A stretch of 64,000 bases of DNA. Origin: an uncultured bacterium. GTDB lineage: Bacteria > Pseudomonadota > Alphaproteobacteria > MED-G09. The notes below the pieces were generated by a model. The model was not told the DNA's origin. It saw only the letters and a list, made by a program, of their open reading frames with translations, and made no database searches. The position numbers and the translations under genes were made by a program. Within the stretch, counting starts at the first letter, position 1; every line of letters starts with the position of its first letter. Positions 49,099-59,169 of this stretch are shown here, in pieces. The stretch covers positions 11,613 through 75,612 of the forward strand of contig CAXFAF010000002.1 of the NCBI GenBank assembly GCA_964001285.1, given 5' to 3'.

Positions 49099-50661
49099 AT
49101 GATCAATATCGGACTGATAACAACGAAACAAGCAAGGCGACAACCTAATGCATGGGCTGTTTTTGATAATACTTCTCAAAGAAGAGTAACATTTAAAGAG
49201 TTAGATGATTTAGTAAAAAAAATAGCTAATGGATTACTTTCTCTTGGTTTGAAAAAGGGCGATCGCGTTTCCATTCTTTCACAGAATTCTATAGAATTTT
49301 TAGCACTATTTTTTGCATGTGGTCAGGCAGGATTGGTGGCGCATGCATTGAATTGGAGGCTTGCAAAAACAGAAATTGCAAAAATACTTGAAAATGGTGA
49401 ACCCAAAGTTTTCATTTGCGAAGGTCAATTTAAAAATATTAAATCTGAACTTGAAAAGGAAATTAATTTTATCGATCACTGGATGGAGTATGGTAATGAT
49501 AGCGATAACAGTTTTGAAAAGTTAATCGACTCATCGTCATCAGAAGAAGTGAAACAAGCATATGAAATAGGTGATGATGATTCATTTTTTATTCTTTACA
49601 CGGGAGGTACAACAGGAGAATCTAAGGGAGCTCTTCATACCCATAAATCAGCCTATTTTGGCATGTTAAACCAGACAGTGGCGGAAAGAATCGTACCGTC
49701 GGATGTTTATATGCTTACCGGACAAATGTTTCATATTCCCGTTTTATTAGCTATGAATTATACAGCACATGGCTGTCCAATTGTTTTAATGAATTTCGAT
49801 GCAAAGCTAGCTTTAGATCTAATTCAACAGGAAAAGGTTTCAGGGTTTTTAGGAATTACTACTATGTTGAATTGGATGATGGCTGTTGATGGTTTTGATA
49901 AATATGATCTTAATAGTCTTAGATGTGTTCAGTATGGCGGAGGGCCAATGCCATCAAGAGTAATAAGAGAAACTTTAGATAAATTACCGTGTCAGATTAT
50001 TCAAGGCTACGGTCAAACTGAAGGCACGACTATGACTTTCTTGTCGCAAGAAGATCATATAAAAGCAGTAATTGAAGGCATAAATGAAGAACGATTAAAG
50101 TCTTGCGGGAGAGAGGGCTTTGTTACTTCTGTTCGTGTTGTGGATCCTAAGGGTAACCCAGTGCCTAATGATGGAGAAACTCCTGGAGAAATTATTGTTC
50201 GTTCAGATGCAAATATGGTTGGATATTTTAGAAGACCAGATCTGACAGAGAAAACAATCCGAGATGGTTGGATGTGGACTGGGGATATAGCCACTTGGGA
50301 TCAAGATAATTATATTTTTATAAAAGATAGAGCAAAAGATATGATTATTTCTGGAGGAGAGAATATTTACTCTGTTCAGGTTGAAGAGGCAATTTGTAAG
50401 CATGAAGCCGTTCTTGAAACAGCTGTTATAGGCATTCCTGACGATGAATGGGGTGAATCTGTAAAAGCTTATGTAGTTTTAAAGCCTAATATGAATGCAA
50501 GTGAAGACGATATTATTAATACAGCTAAAAAACATTTGGCTTCTTATCAAAAACCAAAATCAGTAAAATTTATTGATGAATTACCTAAAGCGCCAACCGG
50601 AAAAATTCTCAAAAGAAACTTAAGAGATCCTTACTGGAAAGATTCAGAGAAAAAAGTCTAG
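49099..50661 (+). CDS. AMP-forming long-chain acyl-CoA ligase
   Basis: YTGGTTGESKG, GYGQTEG, GWMWTGD, DRAKDMIISGGENIY, PKAPTGKILK. Confidence 0.9.
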   Translation: MINIGLITTKQARRQPNAWAVFDNTSQRRVTFKELDDLVKKIANGLLSLGLKKGDRVSILSQNSIEFLALFFACGQAGLVAHALNWRLAKTEIAKILENGEPKVFICEGQFKNIKSELEKEINFIDHWMEYGNDSDNSFEKLIDSSSSEEVKQAYEIGDDDSFFILYTGGTTGESKGALHTHKSAYFGMLNQTVAERIVPSDVYMLTGQMFHIPVLLAMNYTAHGCPIVLMNFDAKLALDLIQQEKVSGFLGITTMLNWMMAVDGFDKYDLNSLRCVQYGGGPMPSRVIRETLDKLPCQIIQGYGQTEGTTMTFLSQEDHIKAVIEGINEERLKSCGREGFVTSVRVVDPKGNPVPNDGETPGEIIVRSDANMVGYFRRPDLTEKTIRDGWMWTGDIATWDQDNYIFIKDRAKDMIISGGENIYSVQVEEAICKHEAVLETAVIGIPDDEWGESVKAYVVLKPNMNASEDDIINTAKKHLASYQKPKSVKFIDELPKAPTGKILKRNLRDPYWKDSEKKV

Positions 50662-51902
50662 ATACTTTCGGCTTTTGAAACAATGTCGGAAAGGGTTTGA
50701 AGAAAACGTGCTCCAACAGCGCCATCAATACCTCTGTGATCACATGACATAGTTACTGATATTTTATCATCTTCAAGTTTACCAACAGCAAGTATTCCGC
50801 ATTGAGGTGGATTAATAACAGCAGTAAAGGATTTAATACCCAACATTCCTAAATTTGAAATAGAAAATGTACCCCCTTGATAATCTTCAGGCATTAACTT
50901 ATTAGAGTGGGCTAAATCTGATAGTCTTTTTACATCAGATGAAATTTCTTCTACACTCTTTTCATTAGCTTTTTTTACAATTGGTGTTATTAGCCCTGCG
51001 TCTGTTGCCACAGCAATAGAGATATCAGTATTCTTAAATTGTAAAATTCCATCATCGGACCAATTAATATTAACTTCAGGGTGCTTCGTAAGGGCAGTAG
51101 CAACACACTTAATGATTAGATCATTAACAGATACTTTTTCCTTTTTATCTTTTCCTTTATTTAACTTTTCTCTTTTTGCTGATAATTTTTTAGCATCTAA
51201 ATCAACATTAAGATAAAAATGAGGCGCAGTATTTTTAGAGGTCGTAGTTCTTTCTGCTATAACTTTTCGCATTCCACTGTGAGGAATTAATTCTGATGGA
51301 TTATCTGAAGGCTGAGTTGGACTTGCCTCACCTTCTTCACCTTTATAAGCTGCAAGTTTTGCAGGATCAGCAACTTGTTCAACATCTTGTACAGAGATTC
51401 TTCCTCTCCTTCCTGAAGGAGTTATTGTCGTTACATCAACTTCTAGTTCAAGAGCAACTTCCCAAGCTTTTGGAGAAATATTTACATTTTCAGGAGGAGA
51501 TGACGGCAAATCACCACTTGCTTTAGGCTTTTCTTTTTCTGCAGGAGCTGGTTTCTCTTCAGGTTTTTTTTCAGATATAGCGCTTTCAGGACTAAACGAA
51601 GAGTCAACAGGCACAAAATCGTTTATGAATTTATCCACATCATCGTCAGCAACATCTTCGTCTGCAAATACAGCAAGCAAAGCGCCTACAGGATAAGTTC
51701 CATCTACTTCAACGATTTTTTTTCTGCAGAGACCATCAAATTCAGCTTCAATCTCATTTGATATTTTGTCAGTTTCAACGACTAGGAGTGGATCACCTTT
51801 AGAAAATTTTGCTCCTTCTTCTACGAGCCATTCTATAAGTTTTCCTTCCTCCATTTCGATACCCCATTTGGGCATCGTAAGAGCTTCAATCTTCTTACTC
51901 AT
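50658..51902 (-). CDS. acoC: Dihydrolipoamide acyltransferase E2 of an acetoin/2-oxoacid dehydrogenase complex
   Basis: MPKWGIEM, lipoyl ETDKI, peripheral-subunit-binding domain (GRRGRISVQDV), GGTFSISNLG, DHRGIDG. Confidence 0.8.
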   Translation of the reverse strand: MSKKIEALTMPKWGIEMEEGKLIEWLVEEGAKFSKGDPLLVVETDKISNEIEAEFDGLCRKKIVEVDGTYPVGALLAVFADEDVADDDVDKFINDFVPVDSSFSPESAISEKKPEEKPAPAEKEKPKASGDLPSSPPENVNISPKAWEVALELEVDVTTITPSGRRGRISVQDVEQVADPAKLAAYKGEEGEASPTQPSDNPSELIPHSGMRKVIAERTTTSKNTAPHFYLNVDLDAKKLSAKREKLNKGKDKKEKVSVNDLIIKCVATALTKHPEVNINWSDDGILQFKNTDISIAVATDAGLITPIVKKANEKSVEEISSDVKRLSDLAHSNKLMPEDYQGGTFSISNLGMLGIKSFTAVINPPQCGILAVGKLEDDKISVTMSCDHRGIDGAVGARFLQTLSDIVSKAESI

Positions 51903-51911
51903 AATAAAACC

Positions 51912-52925
51912 CTATTTATAATTAACTACCTCAGATACCAAATCTTTAATTTTGTTTGGAGATGGAAGAAATGCCCCTTCCAATTCTTTTGCAAAAGGAA
52001 CTGGTGAATGAGGACCTGTTAATTGTTTAACCGGCGCTTTTAGCGAAGAAAATACTTCGCTTGCTGCTAGAGCAGCAATATCAGAAGCAAAAGAACATCT
52101 TGGAGGTGTTTCATCAACAACAACAAGTCTTCCGGTTTTTTCTACACTATCAAGGATAGCATCTTCATCTAATGGACTTGTGGTTCTTGGATCAATGATA
52201 TCACAAGTTATTCCATCATCTGCTAATGCTTGTGCAGCATTTTCACAGAAAGATATCATTCTACCAGTTGCCACGAGCGTGCAGTCATCTCCCTCTGAGA
52301 CTATTCTTGCTTTCCCGAAAGGCACAAGATGCTCTCCATCTGGAACATCACCAGAAAGAGCATACAATGTTTTATGCTCAAAAAATATAACTGGATCCTC
52401 ATCTCTGATAGCTGTTGATAAAAGCCCCTTAGCGTCTGCAGGTGTTGATGGCATTGCAACTTTTAATCCAGGAATTGCAGTAATCATAGGATGTAAAGAT
52501 TGACTATGTTGCGATGCAGCGTTCATTCCTGCACCATAACAAGTTCTTAAGACCATAGGGCAAGTGGCTTTTCCACCAAACATATAGCGGAATTTTGCAG
52601 CTTGATTCATTAACTGATCCAAACATAATCCCATAAAGTCACAAAACATAATTTCTGCTACCGGTCTTTTTCCTGCTAAAGCAGCTCCTGCAGCAGTACC
52701 TGCTATGCCAGCTTCAGATATAGGCATATCAATACATCTCTCAATACCAAATTCTTCGTATAATCCTGAAGTGACACCAAATACTCCACCAACAAAACCA
52801 GGCTCTGCGTGAGGGCTTCCAGTTCCACCAACAACATCTTCACCCATCACAATAACATTCTCATCACGACCCATTTCTAAAAAAAGAGCATCTGTTAAAG
52901 CTTCTCTATAAGTTTTCTCTGTCAT
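51912..52925 (-). CDS. acoB: Acetoin dehydrogenase-like E1 beta subunit
   Basis: MGEDVVGG, DMPISE, NQAAKFRYMFGGKA, QHSQ, FFEHK, IIDPRTTSPLD. Confidence 0.85.
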   Translation of the reverse strand: MTEKTYREALTDALFLEMGRDENVIVMGEDVVGGTGSPHAEPGFVGGVFGVTSGLYEEFGIERCIDMPISEAGIAGTAAGAALAGKRPVAEIMFCDFMGLCLDQLMNQAAKFRYMFGGKATCPMVLRTCYGAGMNAASQHSQSLHPMITAIPGLKVAMPSTPADAKGLLSTAIRDEDPVIFFEHKTLYALSGDVPDGEHLVPFGKARIVSEGDDCTLVATGRMISFCENAAQALADDGITCDIIDPRTTSPLDEDAILDSVEKTGRLVVVDETPPRCSFASDIAALAASEVFSSLKAPVKQLTGPHSPVPFAKELEGAFLPSPNKIKDLVSEVVNYK

Positions 52926-52937
52926 ATTTTTATCTCC

Positions 52938-53906
52938 TTAATAAGACACATAAACATCAGTTGTTACATCTTCAGGGCTAGGCAATGGTGATGCCTTGGC
53001 TTGCTCAACTGATTCTTCAATAAGTGAATTAACTTCATCGTCTAGTTTACCTATATCTTCTTCAGATAATAAACCTGCTTCTGTGACCTTAGTTGTAAAA
53101 ATTTTCAGACAATCATTATTTTCTCTATCATCTTCAAGTTCTCCTGGTGCACGGTAATCTTGGGGATCGCCTTCAAAATGACCATAAAATCTTGTTGTAT
53201 CAAACTCAACGGCACATGGTCCATTTCCTTCTCTTGCTTTAGAAATTATTTCATTCATAACCTCATGAACCTCAAAAAAATCTAAACCATTTGCTTTTAC
53301 GGTATGTATGCCAAAACCCTCTACACGACTTGCTATACTCTCAGAAGCAATCACATAAGAACAATGTGTATGTTCTGAATATCTGTTGTTTTCGTAAACA
53401 TATACACTTGGTAATTTCAAAATAGCCGCAATATTCATAGATTCGAATACTGGTCCTTGATTACAAGATCCGTCACCACTGAAAGAAACTGCAACTCCGC
53501 CTTTTCCATCTAGTTTAGCAGCAAGTGCTGCACCAGTAGCTAGAGGAGGTCCACCACCTACGATACCATTTGCACCTAGCATTCCTACATCCATATCAGC
53601 TACATGCATTGATCCGCCTTTACCTTTACATACACCATCTGCTTTACCATAAAGTTCTTTCATCATACCAATTACATCGACTCCTTTAGCGATACAATGG
53701 CCATGGCCTCTATGTGTAGATGTAATGTAATCTGCATCAGTTAAATTTTCACAAACACCAACCGCTACAGCTTCTTGACCAGCATAGAGATGTGTAAATC
53801 CTGGAATTGCTCCTGTCATTATTTCCCTATGTAGGTGTTCTTCAAACTCCCTTATAGTCTTCATTTGTTTATACGCCTGTTCAAGTTCTTCTCTAGCTAG
53901 TTGCAT
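52938..53906 (-). CDS. acoA: Acetoin dehydrogenase-like E1 alpha subunit (ThDP)
   Basis: GFTHLYAGQEA, STHRGHGHCIAKG, GKGGSMH, GDG...ENN ThDP motif, RFYGHFEGD. Confidence 0.85.
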   Translation of the reverse strand: MQLAREELEQAYKQMKTIREFEEHLHREIMTGAIPGFTHLYAGQEAVAVGVCENLTDADYITSTHRGHGHCIAKGVDVIGMMKELYGKADGVCKGKGGSMHVADMDVGMLGANGIVGGGPPLATGAALAAKLDGKGGVAVSFSGDGSCNQGPVFESMNIAAILKLPSVYVYENNRYSEHTHCSYVIASESIASRVEGFGIHTVKANGLDFFEVHEVMNEIISKAREGNGPCAVEFDTTRFYGHFEGDPQDYRAPGELEDDRENNDCLKIFTTKVTEAGLLSEEDIGKLDDEVNSLIEESVEQAKASPLPSPEDVTTDVYVSY

Positions 53907-54009
53907 TTTATCCCCTCCTAAATGTGTGGATGAACAAGATAGAATTAAAAGGTTTATCCTTTATATTCAATAAAAATCTTTTTAAATATTATACAAATTT
54001 TTCTATTAA

Positions 54010-54849
54010 TCAACTTGTCTCCTTAATTGACCACTCAATTGATTGTTTTATAAGTTTTCTAAAATTTTCATTTTTATATGATGAAGGTCCATCTCCAAAT
54101 TGTAGATACGCTATTGCGCTATTTTCATAACTTTTAGTCCAACCAACAATATTACTTCCTTCATTATGCTGCCAATTCTTATTTGAGTACATTTCTCCTT
54201 CAAGTGCTCTCGCTGCGGAATAAAAATTATTGTCCTTAAATTCATAGTCACTAGCTAAAATAGGATTTATAGAATCTTCAAATATTTGAGCCAAATACAA
54301 TTCATCAGTAATTTCAAAATTTTCAACACCTTTAGTAATTGGATGATCTCCGACTTTTGAAACAGTATATTTGACATCATGCCTATAACCGGAATCAGGT
54401 TGTTCGATCCCTTTAACATTACTTGGTTGATAAAGAAAACGTCCGCCTATTATATCTCCATATTCTTCCCACAGAGGCCAGCTTGCTATTGAATGATGAA
54501 TAAATACGCAACCAATTCCTTTTTTAAGAAGATTAATAAAACCTGATTTAAAATTTTGATTAGGTTCAAAAAATGTTGGTTTGGGTGGGGCTGTTTCAAA
54601 ATCAATTCCAGGCATGTCATAAAATAGAATAGCCTTATAATTTTTTATAGAATTAGATACTAGGTAATCTTGAGCCGCAGGATGCTCAACATGAGTCCAA
54701 CAATACCCTGTTGAATCTATCATTTCAAAAAAAGGATCTCTTTCGAACGGATGGCCGCGAGTTACCACTAATATATTTTCGACTCTTTCATCAATAAATG
54801 TCTGATTCCCCATTTGTCGAATGTTAGATTCAATATTTTCTTCACTCAT
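54010..54849 (-). CDS. ThuA-like (class I glutamine amidotransferase-like fold) protein
   Basis: ILVVTRGHPF, LFYDMPG, VFIHHS, HPITKGVENFEITDELY, YLQFGD. Confidence 0.8.
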   Translation of the reverse strand: MSEENIESNIRQMGNQTFIDERVENILVVTRGHPFERDPFFEMIDSTGYCWTHVEHPAAQDYLVSNSIKNYKAILFYDMPGIDFETAPPKPTFFEPNQNFKSGFINLLKKGIGCVFIHHSIASWPLWEEYGDIIGGRFLYQPSNVKGIEQPDSGYRHDVKYTVSKVGDHPITKGVENFEITDELYLAQIFEDSINPILASDYEFKDNNFYSAARALEGEMYSNKNWQHNEGSNIVGWTKSYENSAIAYLQFGDGPSSYKNENFRKLIKQSIEWSIKETS

Positions 54850-54868
54850 TACTATATATCAACCTTTT

Positions 54869-54890
54869 AATGTTATTGAAGAATAACATT
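54869..54890. promoter_or_regulatory. Palindromic operator candidate AATGTTATT-GAAG-AATAACATT
   Basis: Perfect 9-bp arms in the divergent promoter region; the ATGTT-N10-AACAT core recurs at 59171-59190. Confidence 0.55.
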
Positions 54891-55014
54891 TGTTTTTGGT
54901 CAATCTATAAATTGAAATTTATATATTTTTTATGCACTTAAAAGCCAATAATTTGATTTTACTGGACACATATAGTTGTGGCATAATAAAATACTGAAAA
55001 ATTGGGAGATCATT

Positions 55015-56457
55015 ATGGCTTTAATAAGATATGCACAACCTGGTTTACATGGCGATAAAGAGCCAGAACCTAATCTATCTTACGAATATATTCCTAAAGA
55101 AAGGTACACCTCGAAAGAGTTTATGCAACTTGAATGGGAGCATATATGGACAAAGACTTGGTTAAGAGGTGGACTATCACAAGATATTAAAGAGCCAAAT
55201 GATTATTTAACAACCGAAATCGGTAATTACTCTATCCTAATCACTCGTGGAGAGGATATGAAAGTTAGAGCATTCTACAATGTATGTAAGCACAGAGGAA
55301 ATACTCTTGCTCAACAAAAAATGGGTAAAATTGATAAAACTTTTAAATGTTCTTATCATAGGTGGCAGTATGATGCGGCTGGTCAACTTGTAGATACCCC
55401 TGATCCTCATACTTTCCCTCAAGGAGTATGCGATCCATCGCTTCATCTTACCCAACTTCCATGTGAAGAGTGGAATGGATGGGTAATGTATTCTTTAAAT
55501 CCTGAAGTTAGGCCTTTAGATGAATGGTTGGGCCCTGTTAAAGCACATCTTGAATCATATAACTTTGATAAGATGGATCTGGTTATGGACATGACTGTTG
55601 AATGGAATTGTAACTGGAAAGCATCAGTGGATGCTTTCAATGAAACTTATCATGTTTGGGGTACTCATCCTCAATTAATGGATTGGTTGGATGATCAAAA
55701 TGTTCAAATAGACCTTTATGATATTCATAATCGTTATCTAGTACCATTTGGTGTTCCAAGTCCAAGACCACATATTGATCAAGAAGAAATTGGTCCAAAT
55801 CTTGAAGTGTATATGGAGCAAAACGGCGTGGACCCTAAATCCTTTAAAGGTAATGCACAAGAAGCCAGAAGAGCAATTCAGATTGCGCAAAGAGAGAGAG
55901 GCGATGAAATGGGTTGGGATTTTTCAAAGTTAAATGATGATCAAATGTCCGACGATTATCACTACTGTGTATTTCCAAATGTCACTTTGAATACACACGC
56001 TACTAATTATATGATGTTTACTCAAAGACCACACGCTGAAGATCCAAATAAGTGTTTATATGATCTACAGATGTTTACATTACCAAGTGATACTAACAAT
56101 AAAAGAGCTAAACAGGCTCAAGAAGTAAAAGATTCTAATAATGCTCCTTCTTACATGACAGTTGAAGGTGATGAAGCGCCAAGAGTTAATCCTGGAATGG
56201 ATGAGGCTGTACAAGGAGAAGCCGATGAACTTGGTCGTCCAGAGCATATATATGTTAAAGATGGAGAAGAGCATACTCTTGGAGAAGTTTTGGACCAAGA
56301 TGCACACAATCTTCCTTTTGTTCAAAAGGGAATGAACAGTCCAGCTTACAGGGGCCTTTGGTGCGGCGAACAAGAGAGAAGAATTATTCATTTCCATCAA
56401 GTCATTGATAGACTCATTATGGAAGGTGGCGGTCAGGTTCCTAACTATAAAGAGTAA
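55015..56457 (+). CDS. Rieske non-heme iron oxygenase, alpha subunit
   Basis: NVCKHRG and CSYHRWQY, CNWKASVDAFNETYHVWGTH, LDQD; start moved to ATG 55015 after GGGAG. Confidence 0.92.
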   Translation: MALIRYAQPGLHGDKEPEPNLSYEYIPKERYTSKEFMQLEWEHIWTKTWLRGGLSQDIKEPNDYLTTEIGNYSILITRGEDMKVRAFYNVCKHRGNTLAQQKMGKIDKTFKCSYHRWQYDAAGQLVDTPDPHTFPQGVCDPSLHLTQLPCEEWNGWVMYSLNPEVRPLDEWLGPVKAHLESYNFDKMDLVMDMTVEWNCNWKASVDAFNETYHVWGTHPQLMDWLDDQNVQIDLYDIHNRYLVPFGVPSPRPHIDQEEIGPNLEVYMEQNGVDPKSFKGNAQEARRAIQIAQRERGDEMGWDFSKLNDDQMSDDYHYCVFPNVTLNTHATNYMMFTQRPHAEDPNKCLYDLQMFTLPSDTNNKRAKQAQEVKDSNNAPSYMTVEGDEAPRVNPGMDEAVQGEADELGRPEHIYVKDGEEHTLGEVLDQDAHNLPFVQKGMNSPAYRGLWCGEQERRIIHFHQVIDRLIMEGGGQVPNYKE

Positions 56458-56480
56458 CCACTAAATTTTTGGTTTAAATC

Positions 56481-56861
56481 ATGAGTGAACAAGATACCTA
56501 TGTATTTTTGTGTGATTCTGAAAAAGTTGAAGCAGGATCGGAAGGAGTATTTGAAGTAAATAATAGAGAAATACTTGTTGTTCGATCCAATGAAGGAGAA
56601 TTATTTGCGGTTGAAGATAATTGTCCTCATGCAAATGAATGTCTTTCAGGGGGTCGATTTAGAAATGGATTTTATGCATGCCCTCATCATGGAGCACGTT
56701 TTGAGTTATCCACAGGCAAATCTATGACAAATCTATCCACAAAGCCTTTAATATGCTTTGATATCAGAGAAATTGATGGGAAAATAGAGATTATTGTCCC
56801 TGAAAAAGAGAAAAAGAAATTTATTCCTGGGGGTGCCCCTCCAGGATTTGGACCAATGTAG
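56481..56861 (+). CDS. Rieske [2Fe-2S] ferredoxin
   Basis: EDNCPH...ACPHHGARFELSTG. Confidence 0.9.
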   Translation: MSEQDTYVFLCDSEKVEAGSEGVFEVNNREILVVRSNEGELFAVEDNCPHANECLSGGRFRNGFYACPHHGARFELSTGKSMTNLSTKPLICFDIREIDGKIEIIVPEKEKKKFIPGGAPPGFGPM

Positions 56862-56880
56862 TTTTTTAAAGGAGGAAGCA

Positions 56881-57636
56881 ATGGATCTAGGATTAAAAGG
56901 AAAGAAAGCAATTGTTACAGGAGGAAGTAAAGGTATCGGAAGAGCAACTGCTGAGCTATTAGCTGACGAAGGTGCTGATGTAGCAATTTGTGCGCGTAAT
57001 GCGGATGAAGTTGCGGCTGCAGTTGAAGCTCTTAAATCAAAAGGAGTTAATGCTATTGGTGACTCGGTTGATGTAGGTGATGGAGATGCTTATAAAGCCT
57101 GGATTACTTCAGCAATAGAACAGTTAGGTGGTCTTGATGTTTTAGTGCCAAATGTAAGTGCTGGTGGTGGAAACCCAAGTGAGGATGGATGGAAAGCTAA
57201 TTTTGAGGTTGATATAATGGGTACTGTACGAGCAGTTGAAACATCTTTACCGGCATTAGAGGCAAGTAAAGGCAGTATTGTTATCATCTCTACAACAACA
57301 GCTATTGAAGAAGGACCTGGAAGTGGACCGTACGGTGCAGTTAAAGCAGGTCTAATAAATTATTCAAATCATATCGCTATATCAAATGGTGGAAAAGGTG
57401 TTAGATGTAATGTTGTTTCACCTGGACCGATATATATTGAAGGTGGCGCATGGAATTTCATCAAAGATAATATGGAAGATTTTTATAAGGCAACTGAAAA
57501 GGCTATTCCTCTTGGATATGGTGCTGCTGAAGATGTTGCTAACACTGTAGTCTTCCTAGCGAGTTCTGCAGGTGGTCATATTACTGGAACAAATGTTGTA
57601 GTGGATGGTGGTTTTACTAAAAGAGTTCAATTCTAA
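56881..57636 (+). CDS. Classical SDR oxidoreductase
   Basis: MDLGLKGKKAIVTGGSKGIG, YGAVK, NVVSPGPI; start moved to ATG 56881 after GGAGG. Confidence 0.9.
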   Translation: MDLGLKGKKAIVTGGSKGIGRATAELLADEGADVAICARNADEVAAAVEALKSKGVNAIGDSVDVGDGDAYKAWITSAIEQLGGLDVLVPNVSAGGGNPSEDGWKANFEVDIMGTVRAVETSLPALEASKGSIVIISTTTAIEEGPGSGPYGAVKAGLINYSNHIAISNGGKGVRCNVVSPGPIYIEGGAWNFIKDNMEDFYKATEKAIPLGYGAAEDVANTVVFLASSAGGHITGTNVVVDGGFTKRVQF

Positions 57637-57653
57637 TTTAACGAGAATAAATT

Positions 57654-58424
57654 ATGTCTGATGATATCAAAAAAAAATTAGATGTAGTTCTTGTGGCGGG
57701 TGGAAAATATCATGATATAGACTTTGCCCGCTTAGAACTTTTAAAATTATTGTCCGAGGATGAAAGAATTAGAACAAGAGTTTTTGAGGACTATTCCAAT
57801 CTACATGCAATATCTAATGCTGACTTTCTAATTACCTATACTTGCGATGTAAGGCCTACTTTAGAACAACAAAAAGTTTTAAGAGACTATGTAGCGAAAG
57901 GTAATCGCTGGCTTGCTTTACATGGAACTAATTCTATTCTTCAATTCCTTTCTGATGGTAGAGTTGATTGTCCAAGGGTTGCTCCTATATTTATGGAAAC
58001 TTTAGGATCACAATTTGTTTCACATCCACCTATTGAGCCTTATACAGTAACCGTTGCCGATGATAAACATCATCTTGTTGAGGGTGTAGAGCCTTTTGAA
58101 ACAAACGATGAATTGTATTTAATGGAAACTCATGGTGAACTGCATGTTCTTTTAGAAACAGAATTTGAAGGAAAAACACCAGGTTTTGTTGAGGAAGATT
58201 GGGATAAAACAAAGGTGCCTGTATTCTATCTTCATCCAGTAGATAAAGGTGAAGTTTTATACTTAACACTCGGTCATTGTCGAGGTCATTATGATATGTA
58301 TGATCTACCAGAGCCAATGGAATATTATCCAGAAGTAGAAAGGTGCGCATGGGATTTACCTGTTTTCTATGATCTATTGAGAAGAGGCATTGGCTGGGCA
58401 AAGGAACTATCTCTTAAAGGATAA
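57654..58424 (+). CDS. ThuA-like protein (second subtype)
   Basis: VAGGKYHDIDFARLELL, WLALHGTNS, LGSQFVSHPP, FETNDELY, YLTLGHCRGHYD. Confidence 0.8.
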   Translation: MSDDIKKKLDVVLVAGGKYHDIDFARLELLKLLSEDERIRTRVFEDYSNLHAISNADFLITYTCDVRPTLEQQKVLRDYVAKGNRWLALHGTNSILQFLSDGRVDCPRVAPIFMETLGSQFVSHPPIEPYTVTVADDKHHLVEGVEPFETNDELYLMETHGELHVLLETEFEGKTPGFVEEDWDKTKVPVFYLHPVDKGEVLYLTLGHCRGHYDMYDLPEPMEYYPEVERCAWDLPVFYDLLRRGIGWAKELSLKG

Positions 58425-59128
58425 TGATGTCAGATAAAGTCGCTCTTATTACTGGAGTTGGTCCAGGTACTGGAGCTTCGTTAGCGAGAAGATTCAGTAA
58501 AAGTGGATTTAAGGTTGCTATGTTTGCTCGTAATAAATCGAGATTAGAGAACCTTGAAAAGGAACTTCCACATTCAAAAGGATATTCTTGTGAGCTTAGA
58601 GATCCGGATCAGCTTAATGAAACCATAGATAAGGCTCTAAAAGAATTTGGTTATCCTGATGTTTTTATTCATAATGCGGTAAGAGGAACTCGAGGTAATT
58701 TTTTGGAGTTCTCTCCTGAAGAATTACAATCAAATTTTGATACAAATGTAATCTCGCTTCTTAGAATTGTACAAAAGATTTCCCCTAACATGATAGATAA
58801 TGGTAATGGAGCAATAATTGTAACAGGAAATACATCGGCCCATAGAGGAAAAGCTAATTTTGGTGGAACGGCATCTACTAAGGCAGCGCAAAAAATACTG
58901 ACTGAATCAATAGCAAGGTATCTAAATCCAAAAGGCATACATGTAGCTTATATAACTATTGATGCAGCTATTGATCTAGAGTGGACCAGAAAAGCATGGC
59001 CAGAAAAACCTGATGATTTTTTTATTAAGCCCGATGATATAGCGGATGAAGTATGGCATATTGTTCATCAATCTAAATCTGCTTGGACTTTTGATCATTG
59101 GCTAAGACCTTTTGGTGAAAACTGGTAA
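58424..59128 (+). CDS. Atypical SDR oxidoreductase
   Basis: TGVGPGTG, IHNA, TGNTSAHRG, TASTKAAQ (no catalytic Tyr), RPFGENW. Confidence 0.85.
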   Translation: MMSDKVALITGVGPGTGASLARRFSKSGFKVAMFARNKSRLENLEKELPHSKGYSCELRDPDQLNETIDKALKEFGYPDVFIHNAVRGTRGNFLEFSPEELQSNFDTNVISLLRIVQKISPNMIDNGNGAIIVTGNTSAHRGKANFGGTASTKAAQKILTESIARYLNPKGIHVAYITIDAAIDLEWTRKAWPEKPDDFFIKPDDIADEVWHIVHQSKSAWTFDHWLRPFGENW

Positions 59129-59169
59129 ATTATTTAATTATTTAGCTAAAAAAAACAAATACTTGTATT

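Noticed and set aside
53924-54130. 68-aa plus-strand ORF starting in the acoA/ThuA spacer
   Set aside because: No SD, Phe/Ile/Asn-rich AT-noise composition, overlaps the ThuA gene antisense
54979-54994. TGGCAT upstream of Rieske 2 as a sigma54 promoter
   Set aside because: No GC at the -12 position (TGGCATAATAAAATAC)
58424-59128. SDR lacking the catalytic Tyr as a pseudogene
   Set aside because: The frame is intact and Tyr-less members of this SDR subgroup are a known conserved type
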